Positions 13,612-27,674 of a DNA stretch of 64,000 nucleotides are shown here, one piece after another. The notes below the pieces were generated by a model. That model worked only from the letters and a program-made list of their open reading frames with translations, did not search any database and was not told the origin of the DNA. The stretch comes from Eledone cirrhosa. Taxonomy: Eukaryota. The stretch spans positions 235,848,001-235,912,000 of the forward strand of contig OZ024741.1 of the NCBI GenBank assembly GCA_964016885.1, in the 5' to 3' direction. Every line of letters begins with the position of its first letter. Position 1 is the stretch's first letter. A program made the translations under genes and the position numbers.

Positions 13612-13614
<3 letters not shown>

Positions 13615-13728
13615 ACACCTGTATGAGCAAGTCATGGTCATCAAACCTGGCTTGCCTCACAACGGCGCAACCCGTCTAACCCATGCTAGCGTGGAAAATG
13701 GACGTTAAATGATGATGATGATGATGAT
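13612..13728 (+). mobile_element. RTE 3' tail-only insertion
   Basis: AACCCATGCTAGCGTGGAAAATGGACGTTAAA(TGA)n. Confidence 0.85.
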
Positions 13729-14009
13729 ATATATATATATATATACATACATATATATGTATATACTGAGAGAGAGAGAGGAGATATATGATAGGTGTGT
13801 GTGTATATATACATACACACACACACGCACGCATATACATGGCCTCAGCCGGATGGCGGGAACAGATGAAAGAATATATATATATACACAATGGAGGTGA
13901 TGTTAATATCTTTTTCCAGTTATTATAAACATTATGTCAAAGCTGTGTGTGTGTGTATGTATACACACACATATATACATACACAGACACACACACACAC
14001 ATATATATA

Positions 14010-14107
14010 TGGGGTGTATTAAAAAGTATTATCCAATTTCAAAGGGCTATATTTTTTAAACAATCGACCATATAATGAAATTGGATGGTTCGTTTTGATA
14101 CACCCTA
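14010..14107. mobile_element. ~100-bp Tc1/mariner-type MITE
   Basis: Imperfect ~32-bp TIRs TGGGGTGTATTAAAAAGTATTATCCAATTTCA and TGAAATTGGATGGTTCGTTTTGATACACCCTA, in TA context. Confidence 0.75.
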
Positions 14108-14118
14108 TATACACACAC

Positions 14119-14158
<40 letters not shown>

Positions 14159-14624
14159 ATATATTTATACACACACGTGTGTATACAGTGCTAGTTAATA
14201 ATATTAATAACACATTCTATAAAAAAATATGAGCCAAGTTTAATTCAGTTAAAAAATAGTTAAATCTAATAAGAGAAGAGAAAATATATGAAAACCAACA
14301 ACATATTATTGGTGAATTGGGGTTATACAGGGAAGATTGCATCAGTTGTTTTGGGTGTTTATATTAGAAAATAGGACCAGGAAAGGGACGTTTGCCAACA
14401 TATTTACTGGCCAAAGGAGACCAAGATTAAATGAACTGGGCTCTGAGAATGTAATGTTCTTTAATTCCAGGTCAACACTCTAATTGAGCAGACCAATCAT
14501 GAGGTTTTCCAGTCATGAACATAAACCTTTTTCTTCTATTTAGGACAGATACAGATAGATATATGGATTCAAATAGGTATACTATCATTATTACCATCAT
14601 CATTTAAGATCTGTTTAAGTTCTG

Positions 14625-17063
<2,439 letters not shown>

Positions 17064-17419
17064 TCATCATTGTCATTTTAACGTCTGCTTTCCCTGCTGT
17101 ATACATAAATAGACATGATAGAGATATAAAGAAAGATGAAGGAGGCATTTCTACAACACATTACTCTTCAAAAGGGCCAGCCCCTTTCTTTGCACAACCA
17201 TGTAGCTATGCCTCATTGTATATATGAGACATAATACTATGGCATAGTGTGAAGTTTTGATGTTCATGCTTTTCCCAAGGGTTTTAGGAATTATATGTAA
17301 AGCAATGCCATTCAAGTCCTCCCACAATAAAAACAAATGCTAACCATGATTAATATAATAGTAATGATGATGATATGAATGATGGTAATAATGATAATGA
17401 TGATAATGATAATAATAAT

Positions 17420-18370
17420 GTTTTTTTCTTGGCCACAAACATGTGGAAAGGGTTAAATTGGATTAAATCAAACCCAGTACATGACTAGTACTTTATTTTA
17501 TCAACACTCTCCACCTCGTCTGAGAGATGAAAGATATAGTGAAAGTCGGCAAAATAATAATTGTTTCCAAACATTGGCACATGGCCAACAAATTGGGTGG
17601 GGTGGGTGGGGGGTGTTCGATTATACTGACCCTAGTAGTTAACTGGTGCTTTATTTTATCGATCCTAGAAGGATGAAAGATAAAGTTGACCATAGCAGGA
17701 TTTGAACACAGAGTGTAAAGAACTGGAGGAAATAGTGGAAGACATTTTGTCCGACTCTCTTCTAATGATTCTGCCAACCTAGAATCTGATGTAAGTACAA
17801 AGGCAGGAGCTTTTTACTTGAAAGGTGGGGAGGAATAATCAATTATATTGACCTTAGTGACTGGTATTTATTTCATTCACTCTGGAATGATAAAAGGCAA
17901 AATTCAACCCTGGCAGGACTTGTGAGCCCAGAATATAAAGGGCCATAACTAAATACCATAAGGCATTTACTCTGACACTCTACTAATTCTGTCAATCCAG
18001 GAACAAAACCACAAATTTTAAGCAAGGATTAAGGGAATAGGGTTACCGTCGAGTATATTAACCTCAGTACTCGACTGGTACTTTATTTTATTGACCCCCC
18101 AGCACTTGGCTGGTTTTTTTATTTTACTGATCCTCCAGAAAGCAAAAAGGCAAAGTTGACTGTGAAAGGATTTGACCTCAGTACATAAAGGATCATAACT
18201 AAATGCCACAAGACACTAATGTCTGATGCGCTACTGGTTCTGCCACTGCCAATCCAGGCATAAAGCCAAACATTTTTTAGAAGTGGAGGAGGGGCTACAG
18301 TTGATTAAATCCACCCCTGGGTACTTTATTTTATCAATCCACAGAAGGATGAAAGGCAAAGTGGAACAAA
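17420..18370 (-). mobile_element. Head-to-tail run of about 5 tRNA-derived SINE copies (family 1)
   Basis: Motif ..GTACTTTATTTTATC..GGATGAAAGGCAAAGT repeats near 17490, 17645, 17865, 18080 and 18325. Confidence 0.85.
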
Positions 18371-18602
18371 CAGCAGCATAATTATTATAATATCAGCAAT
18401 AATAATTAATATTTTCCTAACAGATGCAAAAAAAAAAAAATCCTTATAGATGAAGAAACAAAAACAAAAACAGACAAACAAATAAGGTAAAACAACAAAA
18501 AGAGAAGGTGAAAGTGAGCTTTCAACTCTATTTTGGACAAGGCTCACTTCATTGAAAGGGGGGAGATAGAGACAGCATTTTAAGTCACTGTACATAATAA
18601 TA

Positions 18603-18814
18603 ATGGTTTCTGATTTAGGCACAAGGCCGACAATTTGGGGGGAGGGGAAGTTGATTAAATCAACCCCAGAGCATTACTAGTGCTTTATTTTATCGAACAC
18701 CCGTAAGGTTGAAAGGCAAAGCTAACCTCGGCGGGATTTGATACAGAATGTAAAGTGCCAGAACAAATACTGTGATAGTATCTTATCCAACGTCCTACAA
18801 ATTCTGCCAATCCA
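18603..18814 (-). mobile_element. tRNA-derived SINE (family 1)
   Basis: Full-length copy from GTGGATTGGCAGAAT to CCTTGTGCCTAAATCAGAAACCAT. Confidence 0.88.
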
Positions 18815-18871
18815 CAATAATAATACATGTTTAAAATAGAATGTTCCAGTTATTTCATTTTTTTTTTTGTT

Positions 18872-18881
18872 TTTATTTATT
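18872..18881 (-). promoter_or_regulatory. Candidate poly(A) signal of the zinc-finger gene
   Basis: Overlapping AATAAA hexamers about 300 nt downstream of the stop codon. Confidence 0.4.
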
Positions 18882-19183
18882 AAATGTCTGTTGGTAAGTG
18901 GGGGTGGGTAAGAGGTTAGGGAGTATCTGTTAATTCACGTTTGAAATTATTGAGGGAGCATTCATTTAATACTGGGTCAATTCATTTTGACAGACTACTC
19001 AGTAACAGATGTACTGTTGTTAGTTTTCAAGACAGTTAATAATCATTCCTTTAGATGGAGGGAGTGCTCATTAAAGTGTATTGGGAGGGGAGGGAGTATT
19101 CATTGAACAGAGGAAGAAGTACTCGTTAATGTAGATATAATATCAATATTGTTGTTGGGAGAGTTAATTAACACGGATGCCCT

Positions 19184-21676
19184 TCACTTTGTTTGTTTGG
19201 GTCCACACGACACACCACTGGGCACATTTGCTGCCCAACTAGAGCCTAACAACGGCGGCATGGGGTAGCCCCGCGACCAGAGGTAGTTATTTTCCCAAAT
19301 GTGAGGCATACCGTGTAAATATGAAGAAGAAGAAGCTGGTGAGGGCTGTGGTCGCACAGGAGGGACCTGGGGGTCTCGGTGCGACTCCTGTGGTACAGTT
19401 GTACATGATCTGTTATTGCTTTTCATTGAGCTGATTTTCTGTGTGCTAACAATTTCCTTGACATGGGCCAGAGAATCACATGATGACGGAGATGAGTTAT
19501 ATACATTCTTGTCATTTGTTATGTTTGTGCTGCTTGCTTCTACAGTCTGTTGGGGAAGCTTGGAGTACATCCTGCAGCTGTTTGAGTTGCTAGTAGATGC
19601 TGGACATTTATGGTTGCTTAATGAAACTCTGTGCAAAAACTGCTCCCCACATATCTGGCAGCTGTATCGTTTCTCTGCTGGTGTATGAGTTTGTATATGT
19701 ACTTTTAAATCACTTTGCTGTGCGAAAACTTCACCACAAAACTCACAACTGATCTGTTTAGAGTTGCTGGGGGTCTCCTCAACAATTCCATGGGTTTTCT
19801 CATGTGTTTTTAAGAAAAACTGGTTACAGAAGCCCTTCTTACAAATACCGCAAAAGTATAGATCTCCACTGTGAATGCGCTGGTGATCTATGAGACTATT
19901 CCGTTGAGAGAAGGACTTGTCGCATACACTACAGGTAAAAGGCTTTTCTCCAGTATGTGTCCTTAGATGTAACTTAAGATTACCTCTTTGAGAGAAGGTT
20001 TTCTTGCAGAAATTACACTGGAAAGGTCGTTCTCCAGTGTGAGCCCTTTCATGATTTTTTAAGAAAAACTGGTTACAAAATGGCTTCTTGCAGAAGCTGC
20101 AGAAGAAGAGTTCTCCAGTGTGTACTCGTTTGTGGTCAATTAAGTTGTTTCGTTGAGAGAAACTCTTACCACATAGTTCACAGTTAAATGGTTTTTCTCC
20201 AGTATGTTTACGTAAATGTTGTTTCAAATTTCCCCGCTGGGCAAATGTTTGATTGCAAAATTCACACTGAAATGGTTTCTCTCCTGTGTGTACTCTAAGA
20301 TGGTTTTTCAGGAAGAACTCATTAGTGAAGCCTTTTTTACAATAAGAGCAGTAAAATAAATCCCCTGTATGTATGCGTTCATGAATTTTTAAGAAGAATT
20401 TGTTGCAAAATGGTTTCTTGCAGTAGTTACAATAGTAAAGCTCCCCTGTATGGAGTCTTTTATGGTCATTTAAATTAGTCTTTTGTGCAAATCCCTTACC
20501 ACAAACTTCACATTGGAATGGTTTTTCCCCTGTGTGTGTTCGTAGATGAGTTTTTAAATTGCCACGTTGTGAGAAAACTTGTGGACAAAACAAACATCGA
20601 AATGGTTTCTCTCCAGTATGGGACCTGGTGTGGTTTTCCAAGAAAAACTGATTTGGGAAACCTTTTTTACAATAGTTGCAATAATACAAATCTCCTGTAT
20701 GCACTTTCTCATGAATCTTTAAGAAAAACTGGTTGCAAAATCCTTTTTTACAGTATTGACAGTAGAAGAGTTCGCCGGTATGAAGTCGTTTATGATCAGT
20801 CAGGCAATTCTTTTGAGAAAATGCTTTACCACAGACATCACAAACAAAGTTCTTTTCTCCAGTGTGTGTTCTGAGATGAGTCTTCAAGTTACCCCTCTGG
20901 GAAAACGCTTTATCACAAAAGTCACAATGAAAAGGTTTCTCCCCTGTGTGTGCCCTCTCATGATTCTGCAAGAAGAACTGGTTACAAAATGCTTTCTGAC
21001 AGAACTGGCAGAAGAACAAATCTCCTGTATGCACTCTTTTATGATCGGTAAGGCTATTTTTCTGGGCAAAAGTTTTGCCACAGACATCGCAAGTAAATGG
21101 TTTATCACCTGAGTGCATCCTAAGATGGAGTTTCAGATTACCCCTGTGAGCAAAGCTTCTATTACACACAGAACACTGGTAAGCCTTCTGATTTGTAGAG
21201 AGAGGCATGTTATTGGTAGCATGACTGTGAGTACAGTAGTGAGTTTTTAAGTCGACTAACTGAAAAAACTCCTTATTGCAAAATGAACAGGCAAAAGGCC
21301 GCACACCCATATGAATGCGTTCATGAGTACGTAAGATAAATGAGTTGGGGAAAACTTTCTTACAAAATGCACACGTTAGTTCTTTGTCTTGGTTGTTAGG
21401 TGGCACAGGAGGTAGGGTATTTGTTGTACTGGTGTTGATAGGTGGCACTTCTATTTCTTCTTGGCTTGATGCAGTATTGTTGATGAGGGGTACATTCTCT
21501 TCTGTGAAATGTTTCCGTGGAATATCAGGTTGTCGAAAACCTTTTGCACCCTGTGATGGGCTGCTCTTATCAGTCTCTTTTAAATGGGTACTTTGATTTG
21601 AATAAATGGATTGGTTGTATATAGAAGAGTGGTCCCCCATACTGGGGTATGCTGGCTGTATCGGGTACATACTCAT
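19184..21676 (-). CDS. Poly-C2H2 zinc-finger protein, 830 aa (20 C2H2 plus 1 C2HC finger), intronless CDS
   Basis: Uninterrupted ORF with CxxC-x12-HxxxH repeats and TGEKP or TG(D/E)L linkers; AAAATG start context; Ser/Pro-rich termini; no KRAB, BTB or ZAD domain recognised. Confidence 0.95.
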   Translation of the reverse strand: MSMYPIQPAYPSMGDHSSIYNQSIYSNQSTHLKETDKSSPSQGAKGFRQPDIPRKHFTEENVPLINNTASSQEEIEVPPINTSTTNTLPPVPPNNQDKELTCAFCKKVFPNSFILRTHERIHMGVRPFACSFCNKEFFQLVDLKTHYCTHSHATNNMPLSTNQKAYQCSVCNRSFAHRGNLKLHLRMHSGDKPFTCDVCGKTFAQKNSLTDHKRVHTGDLFFCQFCQKAFCNQFFLQNHERAHTGEKPFHCDFCDKAFSQRGNLKTHLRTHTGEKNFVCDVCGKAFSQKNCLTDHKRLHTGELFYCQYCKKGFCNQFFLKIHEKVHTGDLYYCNYCKKGFPNQFFLENHTRSHTGEKPFRCLFCPQVFSQRGNLKTHLRTHTGEKPFQCEVCGKGFAQKTNLNDHKRLHTGELYYCNYCKKPFCNKFFLKIHERIHTGDLFYCSYCKKGFTNEFFLKNHLRVHTGEKPFQCEFCNQTFAQRGNLKQHLRKHTGEKPFNCELCGKSFSQRNNLIDHKRVHTGELFFCSFCKKPFCNQFFLKNHERAHTGERPFQCNFCKKTFSQRGNLKLHLRTHTGEKPFTCSVCDKSFSQRNSLIDHQRIHSGDLYFCGICKKGFCNQFFLKTHEKTHGIVEETPSNSKQISCEFCGEVFAQQSDLKVHIQTHTPAEKRYSCQICGEQFLHRVSLSNHKCPASTSNSNSCRMYSKLPQQTVEASSTNITNDKNVYNSSPSSCDSLAHVKEIVSTQKISSMKSNNRSCTTVPQESHRDPQVPPVRPQPSPASSSSYLHGMPHIWENNYLWSRGYPMPPLLGSSWAANVPSGVSCGPKQTK

Positions 21677-23520
21677 TTTGATGTATTTTGAGATGAATCA
21701 AGCAAACTTTAAAAGGATATTTTGTTTGTTTTTACTTCACTGGCAATATTACAAACAACACTGCTTCTATTCCATTTTATTCTTTCTTCTTATTATTATT
21801 GTAGTGAAAAGCAAATCAGCAAAATTTTTAAAAAGGATCATATACAAGCTATTCACAAGAAAAGACTATGGACAAGACACGTTATCAATGAAAGAATGAA
21901 GTCACCAGGAATCTCTAAATTTGAAGCCCTTCTTTCATGAAGATATGCAAAGTTCTGAGCATGAAATACATGCTGAATATAGTGATTTTTAAAAATGTCC
22001 TCTGTAATGTTGAAGTTATTTGATGCAACTCATGAAATGCTCAGTTATTGTTAATGTGTTCAGGTCAGTCCCAATCGAGCAGACGACCTATGATGAAAGG
22101 TGTTCCAGCCCATGTTTTTTTTTCAGGCAATGAACTGTTATCCAATATGTCCTTCCTATATCTAAGATAGTAAATGTTATTCGAGGGAGATTTTGCTGTT
22201 ATTTCTAGCAGGTCAAGTGACCATGAAATGTTTGGTGTTTGCTGTCAGGCAAGAACTGTTCAATGTGATGTGAAAACTAATGTGGAGTTGTAAAGCAACA
22301 TTTATATATATATATAAATAGAGAGAGAGAGAGAATTTACAGCTTTCAGGAATGTCTAAATATATGTCTGAATTACAGTATTAATCATTCCATATTTAAT
22401 CTTATTGTCATTCTAGGTGACAGCAGTGTTCTTGTTGTCATGGTTGTAATTATTGGTGGTGGTGTTTGTAATGTTGTTGTTGGCGGTGGTAGTGGTGTTG
22501 CCAATTGCTGGTCTATCAAAAGCCAATGTCCCCAATAAACAGCCGACCGTATACTTTCACCCTCCCCTTCAAGGTTATTGATATCACCCCCATAGTCCTT
22601 GTTACCATCATCATCATTATGAGCATGACCTCACATCAGTATGACAGTACAAGGAATACTTACATATTTTCATCTTATGAAATAATAAGTTAGATCATAA
22701 TTTACACATCGGAACCAAAGGGAAGCAGTTTCAAGCTTAGGTGTCAACTGAGTTTAATTTTCTTTATTATCTTATCAATTTAAGAGTCCATTCTTTATCA
22801 CTGTCATTGCCCCCTCTTATGTTATTTAAACTATAATGTAATAAAAAGATATCATCAGATGTGGCAGTTTCACTGCTTGTGAGCAACAGTAGTGCGAACA
22901 CTATTTAGATGATGGGCCTTTTGTTAATTCTCAGGGACAAACATGTTCACAGAAATAGCAGTAATGGTGTTGATGTTCGTCTGATAATGAGATCTATAAC
23001 ATAAAGAAGACTACAGGTGAGATTGGTTAGCAAACACACTTAGGTTGTGTAATCAGGACTGCTGCCGTCACTGCTGCATTTGCTGACAGTAATTCATATG
23101 TTGAGGATGATGATGGTGAAATTATTGAAACAAAATTAATAACTAGTTTCTAAAATATAAAACGGTGAAAAGTCTTGTTAATTATACAATGAAGCTACTT
23201 AATTACCACCACTAAATCTACGTTTTGGGATATGCTTCAACTGATTTCTCTTTAACATCTCTTTGTTGGTTTAATAAATTGATATTATTGTTGTTTGGTG
23301 TATTAGTAGAATACTGTTTTGTTGTTGTTGTTAAACAAAACTATGAAATTACATCACAAACAACACATAACAGTACTTATATGTAAATATACATATGTTC
23401 ACAAGTAAATCTATATATTTTCCATTTTTGTTTGTTGTTGTCTATTGTTGTTTTGTTTTATATATATAATATACATATTTTTTTTATAGTTCTTTTAAAA
23501 TTTTTTGGCCCAAGTCTTAC

Positions 23521-23752
23521 ACCACAAACCTGGTCTTCATTATTACAACCAGGTCTCTATATTGATGACACAAGTAGTTTCACAGTACCAAATTCTTGTT
23601 GTTGCCGTTCAGAAGACTCCAGTACATTGATGGCAGGTTGTCAGCACCATGGTCAAAATAACAGACTGAGACATGTTTGACCTTGTGTTCTAGACAGTTC
23701 CAGAGAACACACAGAAGTTTGTTGCTGCTTTCACTTAAGGAAGACGGCTGTT
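23521..23752 (-). other. Candidate non-coding 5'-UTR exon of the zinc-finger gene
   Basis: Strong acceptor TTTTTGTTTCTTTCTTTGTATATTTCAG and donor GTAAGA; no repeat recognised; stops in all three frames. Confidence 0.5.
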
Positions 23753-24206
23753 CTGAAATATACAAAGAAAGAAACAAAAAAAATTGTAAGTTTAATATAT
23801 CTTTCTTGCTGTTTAGTCAGGGTGGGAAGGGCAGTGCCTATGACCCTCTCAAGGGTCTTTGATACTGGTAAGAGTGAAGGAGGGTCTCAAATAGGAAACC
23901 TGGTCTAAATGTTTGTAAAAGATTGGATTCTGCTAAAGACACCCAAAAATCAAGTAGTGGTATTAAACCAAGTGATATTAACTCATTTAACACGCTAACT
24001 GGACTGGACTGGTACTTTATTTCATCAATCCCAGAAGGATGTAAAGCAAAGTTGATTTTAGCAGGATTTGAAATCAGAGTGCAGAGAGCTGGAATAAATC
24101 CAGCAAAGCCTTTTATTTTGTCCTACACTCTAACGACTCTGCTGATTTGCAGCTTCCATATAGAGAAAATGACAAAGTGATACTTTAAAATGGAAGTGGT
24201 CATTAA

Positions 24207-24630
24207 CTCCTAACGTCCTAATGATTTAGTAGAAAATGGTTTAAAGACAGGTTTGTAAATTCAAATGTTTATGATACCTTTACTACAGGAAGATTAATGT
24301 GAAAATTTGCAGTAAATTAAATACTTCAGTGGATTGGCAGTATCGGTAGAGGGTCGGATGCCATGCTTTGTCGCATAGAGTTACGGCCCTTTATGATCTG
24401 AGTTCAAATCCCGCCGAGGTTAACTTTGCCTTTCATCCTTACGGGGTCGATCAAATAAAGTACCAGTCACGCACTGGGGTCTATTTCATCGACTTTTCCC
24501 TCCCCCCAAAATTGGTGGTCTTGTGCCTACATAAGAAACCAATATTTAATGTGATACAGTCATAGTGCTGCTTTGTACTTTTCAAAATGCTTTGCTAATG
24601 TTGGTTTCATGTGGTACAGGATGTTAAGAG
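24207..24630. mobile_element. piggyBac-type MITE interrupted by a SINE
   Basis: TTAA|CTCCTAACGTCCT ... AGGATGTTAAGAG|TAAA; inverted homologue of 57209-57399. Confidence 0.7.
24327..24543 (+). mobile_element. tRNA-derived SINE (family 1)
   Basis: TGGCAGTATCGG A box, GAGTTCAAATCC B box, GCCTTTCATCCTTACGGGGTCGAT core. Confidence 0.92.
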
Positions 24631-24944
24631 TAAAAATAATGATGACCATCATAATGATGATGATGGTAGTGGTGATGTTGATGATTGTGACGATAATGAT
24701 GATGGTGGTGATTATGATGAGGCTATCAACAAAAATTACAATTAGATGGCAAAAGAACATAACATAGGTAACAGTATTCTGTAAAGCAAACATATCCAGA
24801 TACAGCTTGATCTGTTAGAAATAACACCTAAATCTCTCTCTAGAAAATGAAGGACATATTGGATAATGTAGTCCTATATATATCATGAAGGTGTATGATT
24901 TGTGGTTAGAACATTGTGTCCTTAAGCAAGACACTTTATTTTAG

Positions 24945-25314
24945 GGCGATCAAAATTGATGGAAGCTACGGGGTAGGTAAACCTAGAAAGACCTGGGACG
25001 AGGATCAAGATCTTTGGCACTATACAGTAATACAGAAGACCCACCTTCCTTTGCACACAGACTTCACTCAGTAGGCACCTCTTAATCCAATATACATCCC
25101 ACAAAACATCCAGCCTACACTGTAAAGTGGTAGTGTAGCAAAAACACCCGGCACACACTGTAAATGTGGTTGGCATTAGGAAGGGCATCCAGCCGTAGAC
25201 AACCAACCAGAAACAGTCCTATACAAGCGAGACACGGCCTCAAATGGGACAAACCCGTCTAACCCATGCTAGCATGGAAGATAGATGTTAAATGATGATG
25301 ATGATGATGATGAT
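24945..25314 (+). mobile_element. RTE 3' end nested in a family-3 SINE
   Basis: GRPRKTWDE remnant and (TGA)n tail; SINE halves GTGTCCTTAAGCAAGACACTTTATTT and GCTCCAGTCCACTTAGCTG flank it. Confidence 0.8.
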
Positions 25315-25877
25315 GCTCCAGTCCACTTAGCTGTAATGAGTTGTGACGTCACTGATGCCAAGCTGTATTGGTCTTTGACTTTTCCTTGGATGACATAGCA
25401 TGGGAGACAGGTATGCATGAACAACTGCTGGTCTTCCACAAAGACACCTTGTCTAAGCTTGAGTCTTGGAGGGGAACTTTCTGGGACAAAACCCATGGTC
25501 ATTCCCGACAGATGGGGCCTTACAATATATACTGTACTGTATATCATCATTTTTATGTCCATCTTTCCATGCTGGCATAGGTGGGACAGGACTTCTTGAT
25601 GCAGTGTTTTACACCTGGATATCCTTCCGAATACCTGAGTGTCTATTCTAAATACTGGGATGTACACAAATAATGGGTGTAATGACCACACGTCTGCTAA
25701 ATCAGAACAGACCACAGGCTGAACATCAACAACAATAAACATTAAGAAAATGATGATGGTAATGGTGATGGTGGTAGTGATGATGATGATGATGATGAAG
25801 GTGGTAGTGGTGATAATGATGAGGTGATAAAGCTGATAATGGCAATGATGATGACAGTTATAAGGATGATGATGATA

Positions 25878-26092
25878 ATGGTTTCTTATATAGGCACAAG
25901 GCCAGTAATTTGGGGGGAGGAGAAAGTCGATTGAATCGACCTCAGTGCGTGACTGGTACTTTATTTTATCGAGCCCATAAGGATGAAAGGCAAAGTTAAC
26001 CTCGGTGGGATTTGAACTCAGATCATAAAGGGCTGTAACTCTATGCCGCAAAGCATGGCATCCGACCCTCTACTGATACTGCCAATCCACTG
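25878..26092 (-). mobile_element. tRNA-derived SINE (family 1)
   Basis: Close inverted homologue of 24327-24543, embedded in (ATG)n. Confidence 0.92.
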
Positions 26093-26461
26093 CCCTTGGA
26101 TGATGATAATGAGGATGGTTGTGATGAGGATGATAGTGATGAGGATGATGATGATAGTGATAAGAATGATGATGATGAGGATAGTTGTGATGAGGATGAT
26201 AGTGATGATAATGATAAAGGTGAAGGTTAATGGTGATGAGGATACCAGCAAGGACAAAAAAAAGTTGACACAAAAGATCTTTTTTAAATTCATCCCTGGC
26301 AACACAGCAAATAGAGCAATATACAGATTGCCATAGCAACCAGTATATATAGCAATACACTAGTGGTCAGAGTAACCAGTTTATATGGTAGGGTGTCACA
26401 CAACTGACTGGGAGGTGAATAGTTCATACCATATTAGCAGCAATGTACAGTGTCCACTTAA

Positions 26462-27674
26462 CCCTTTTATTACCATATTTCTAATGTAAGACAGTGTCTA
26501 TGATTTTTAATTAATTTTGAAAATAATCAAGAATTTGGGAGGATTTAGCAAAATAATTAGCTTTCTCATTATTAAGCCAGCGTTTGCAACATAACTTAAC
26601 AAATATTCTTACATTATGATAGAAGGATTTTAGATAAATATAAAGTTCTGAAAGTACAGTAGCCAGAGTAAGAATGGGATGGAAGAAGTTCAGAAAGCTA
26701 CTACCACTGCTAGCTACAAAAGGTTTTTCCCTTAAAATGGAAGGCAAACTGTATGATGCGTGCATACGAACAGCAATGTTGTATGGTAGTGAGACCTGGG
26801 CACTGTGCACAGAAGACTTACATAGATTGGAAAGAAATGAAGCTTGCATGCTTCGATGGATGTGTAATATGTGAACGGCAAAGCATAAACGAACTGAGAG
26901 AGAGACAAGGCATAAGAGGAATCAGATGCAGTGTGCAGGAGAGATTACGTTGGTATGGACATGTGATGCAAATGAAGGATGACAGCCGTATAAAAAGGTG
27001 CAGAGTGCTGAAAGTCAGCGGAAGTCTTGGGACGAGTTGATAAAAGCTGACCTCGCCAAATTGCACCTCTCAAAGGTGATGACACAGGACCAAGATAACT
27101 GGTGTTATGCTGTAATACAGAAAACCCAAATTCACATGGGCACGGGCAATAACTGAAGCATATATATAGCATGCACCACCCCACCCCACTCACTCCTATA
27201 CATCCCCTGAGGTCAAGCTGAAGTATACATCCAGTGAATCTTCCAGCTCACACTGTAAAGTAATCATGATGGTGACACAGCAAAAAAGCGCCCAGTCCAC
27301 CCTGTAAAATGGTCGTGTAGGTATCATGACAAAAAGTATCCAGTCAGTACTGTAAAATGGTCGTGTAGGTGTCGTGACAAAAAGCCCCCAGCCAACACTA
27401 AAATAGTCATGTAGGTGTGTGTCACAACAAAAAGTATCCAGTACTCACTGTAAATGAGATTGGCGCTAAGAAGAGCATCCAGCTGTAGAAACCAAGCCAA
27501 AATTAGTTCTGTATGAGCAAGTCATGATCACTTGACCTGGCATTGCTCACAACAGGATAACTTGTCTAACTCATGCCAACATGGAAAAGTGGACATTAAA
27601 TGATGATGATGATGATAAATGCAGTAAAACAAACAGTTTTATATCATAGAACAGGTGGTTTGGTATCAAAAGGG
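26462..27674. mobile_element. piggyBac-type MITE split by an RTE insertion
   Basis: TTAA|CCCTTTTATTACCA ... TGGTATCAAAAGGG|TTAA; uninterrupted relative at about 50470-50686. Confidence 0.85.
26645..27617 (+). mobile_element. 5'-truncated RTE LINE (family A)
   Basis: GWKKFRKLLPLL..MLYGSETW..RWYGHVM, about 5 3'-UTR tandem units and (TGA)n tail. Confidence 0.92.

Noticed and set aside
19416-21596. Plus-strand ORFs overlapping the ZNF CDS
   Set aside because: They are antisense shadows with no recognisable domains.
24327-24420. A/B-box sequences as tRNA genes
   Set aside because: They are SINE heads; no cloverleaf is evident and SINE body and tail follow.
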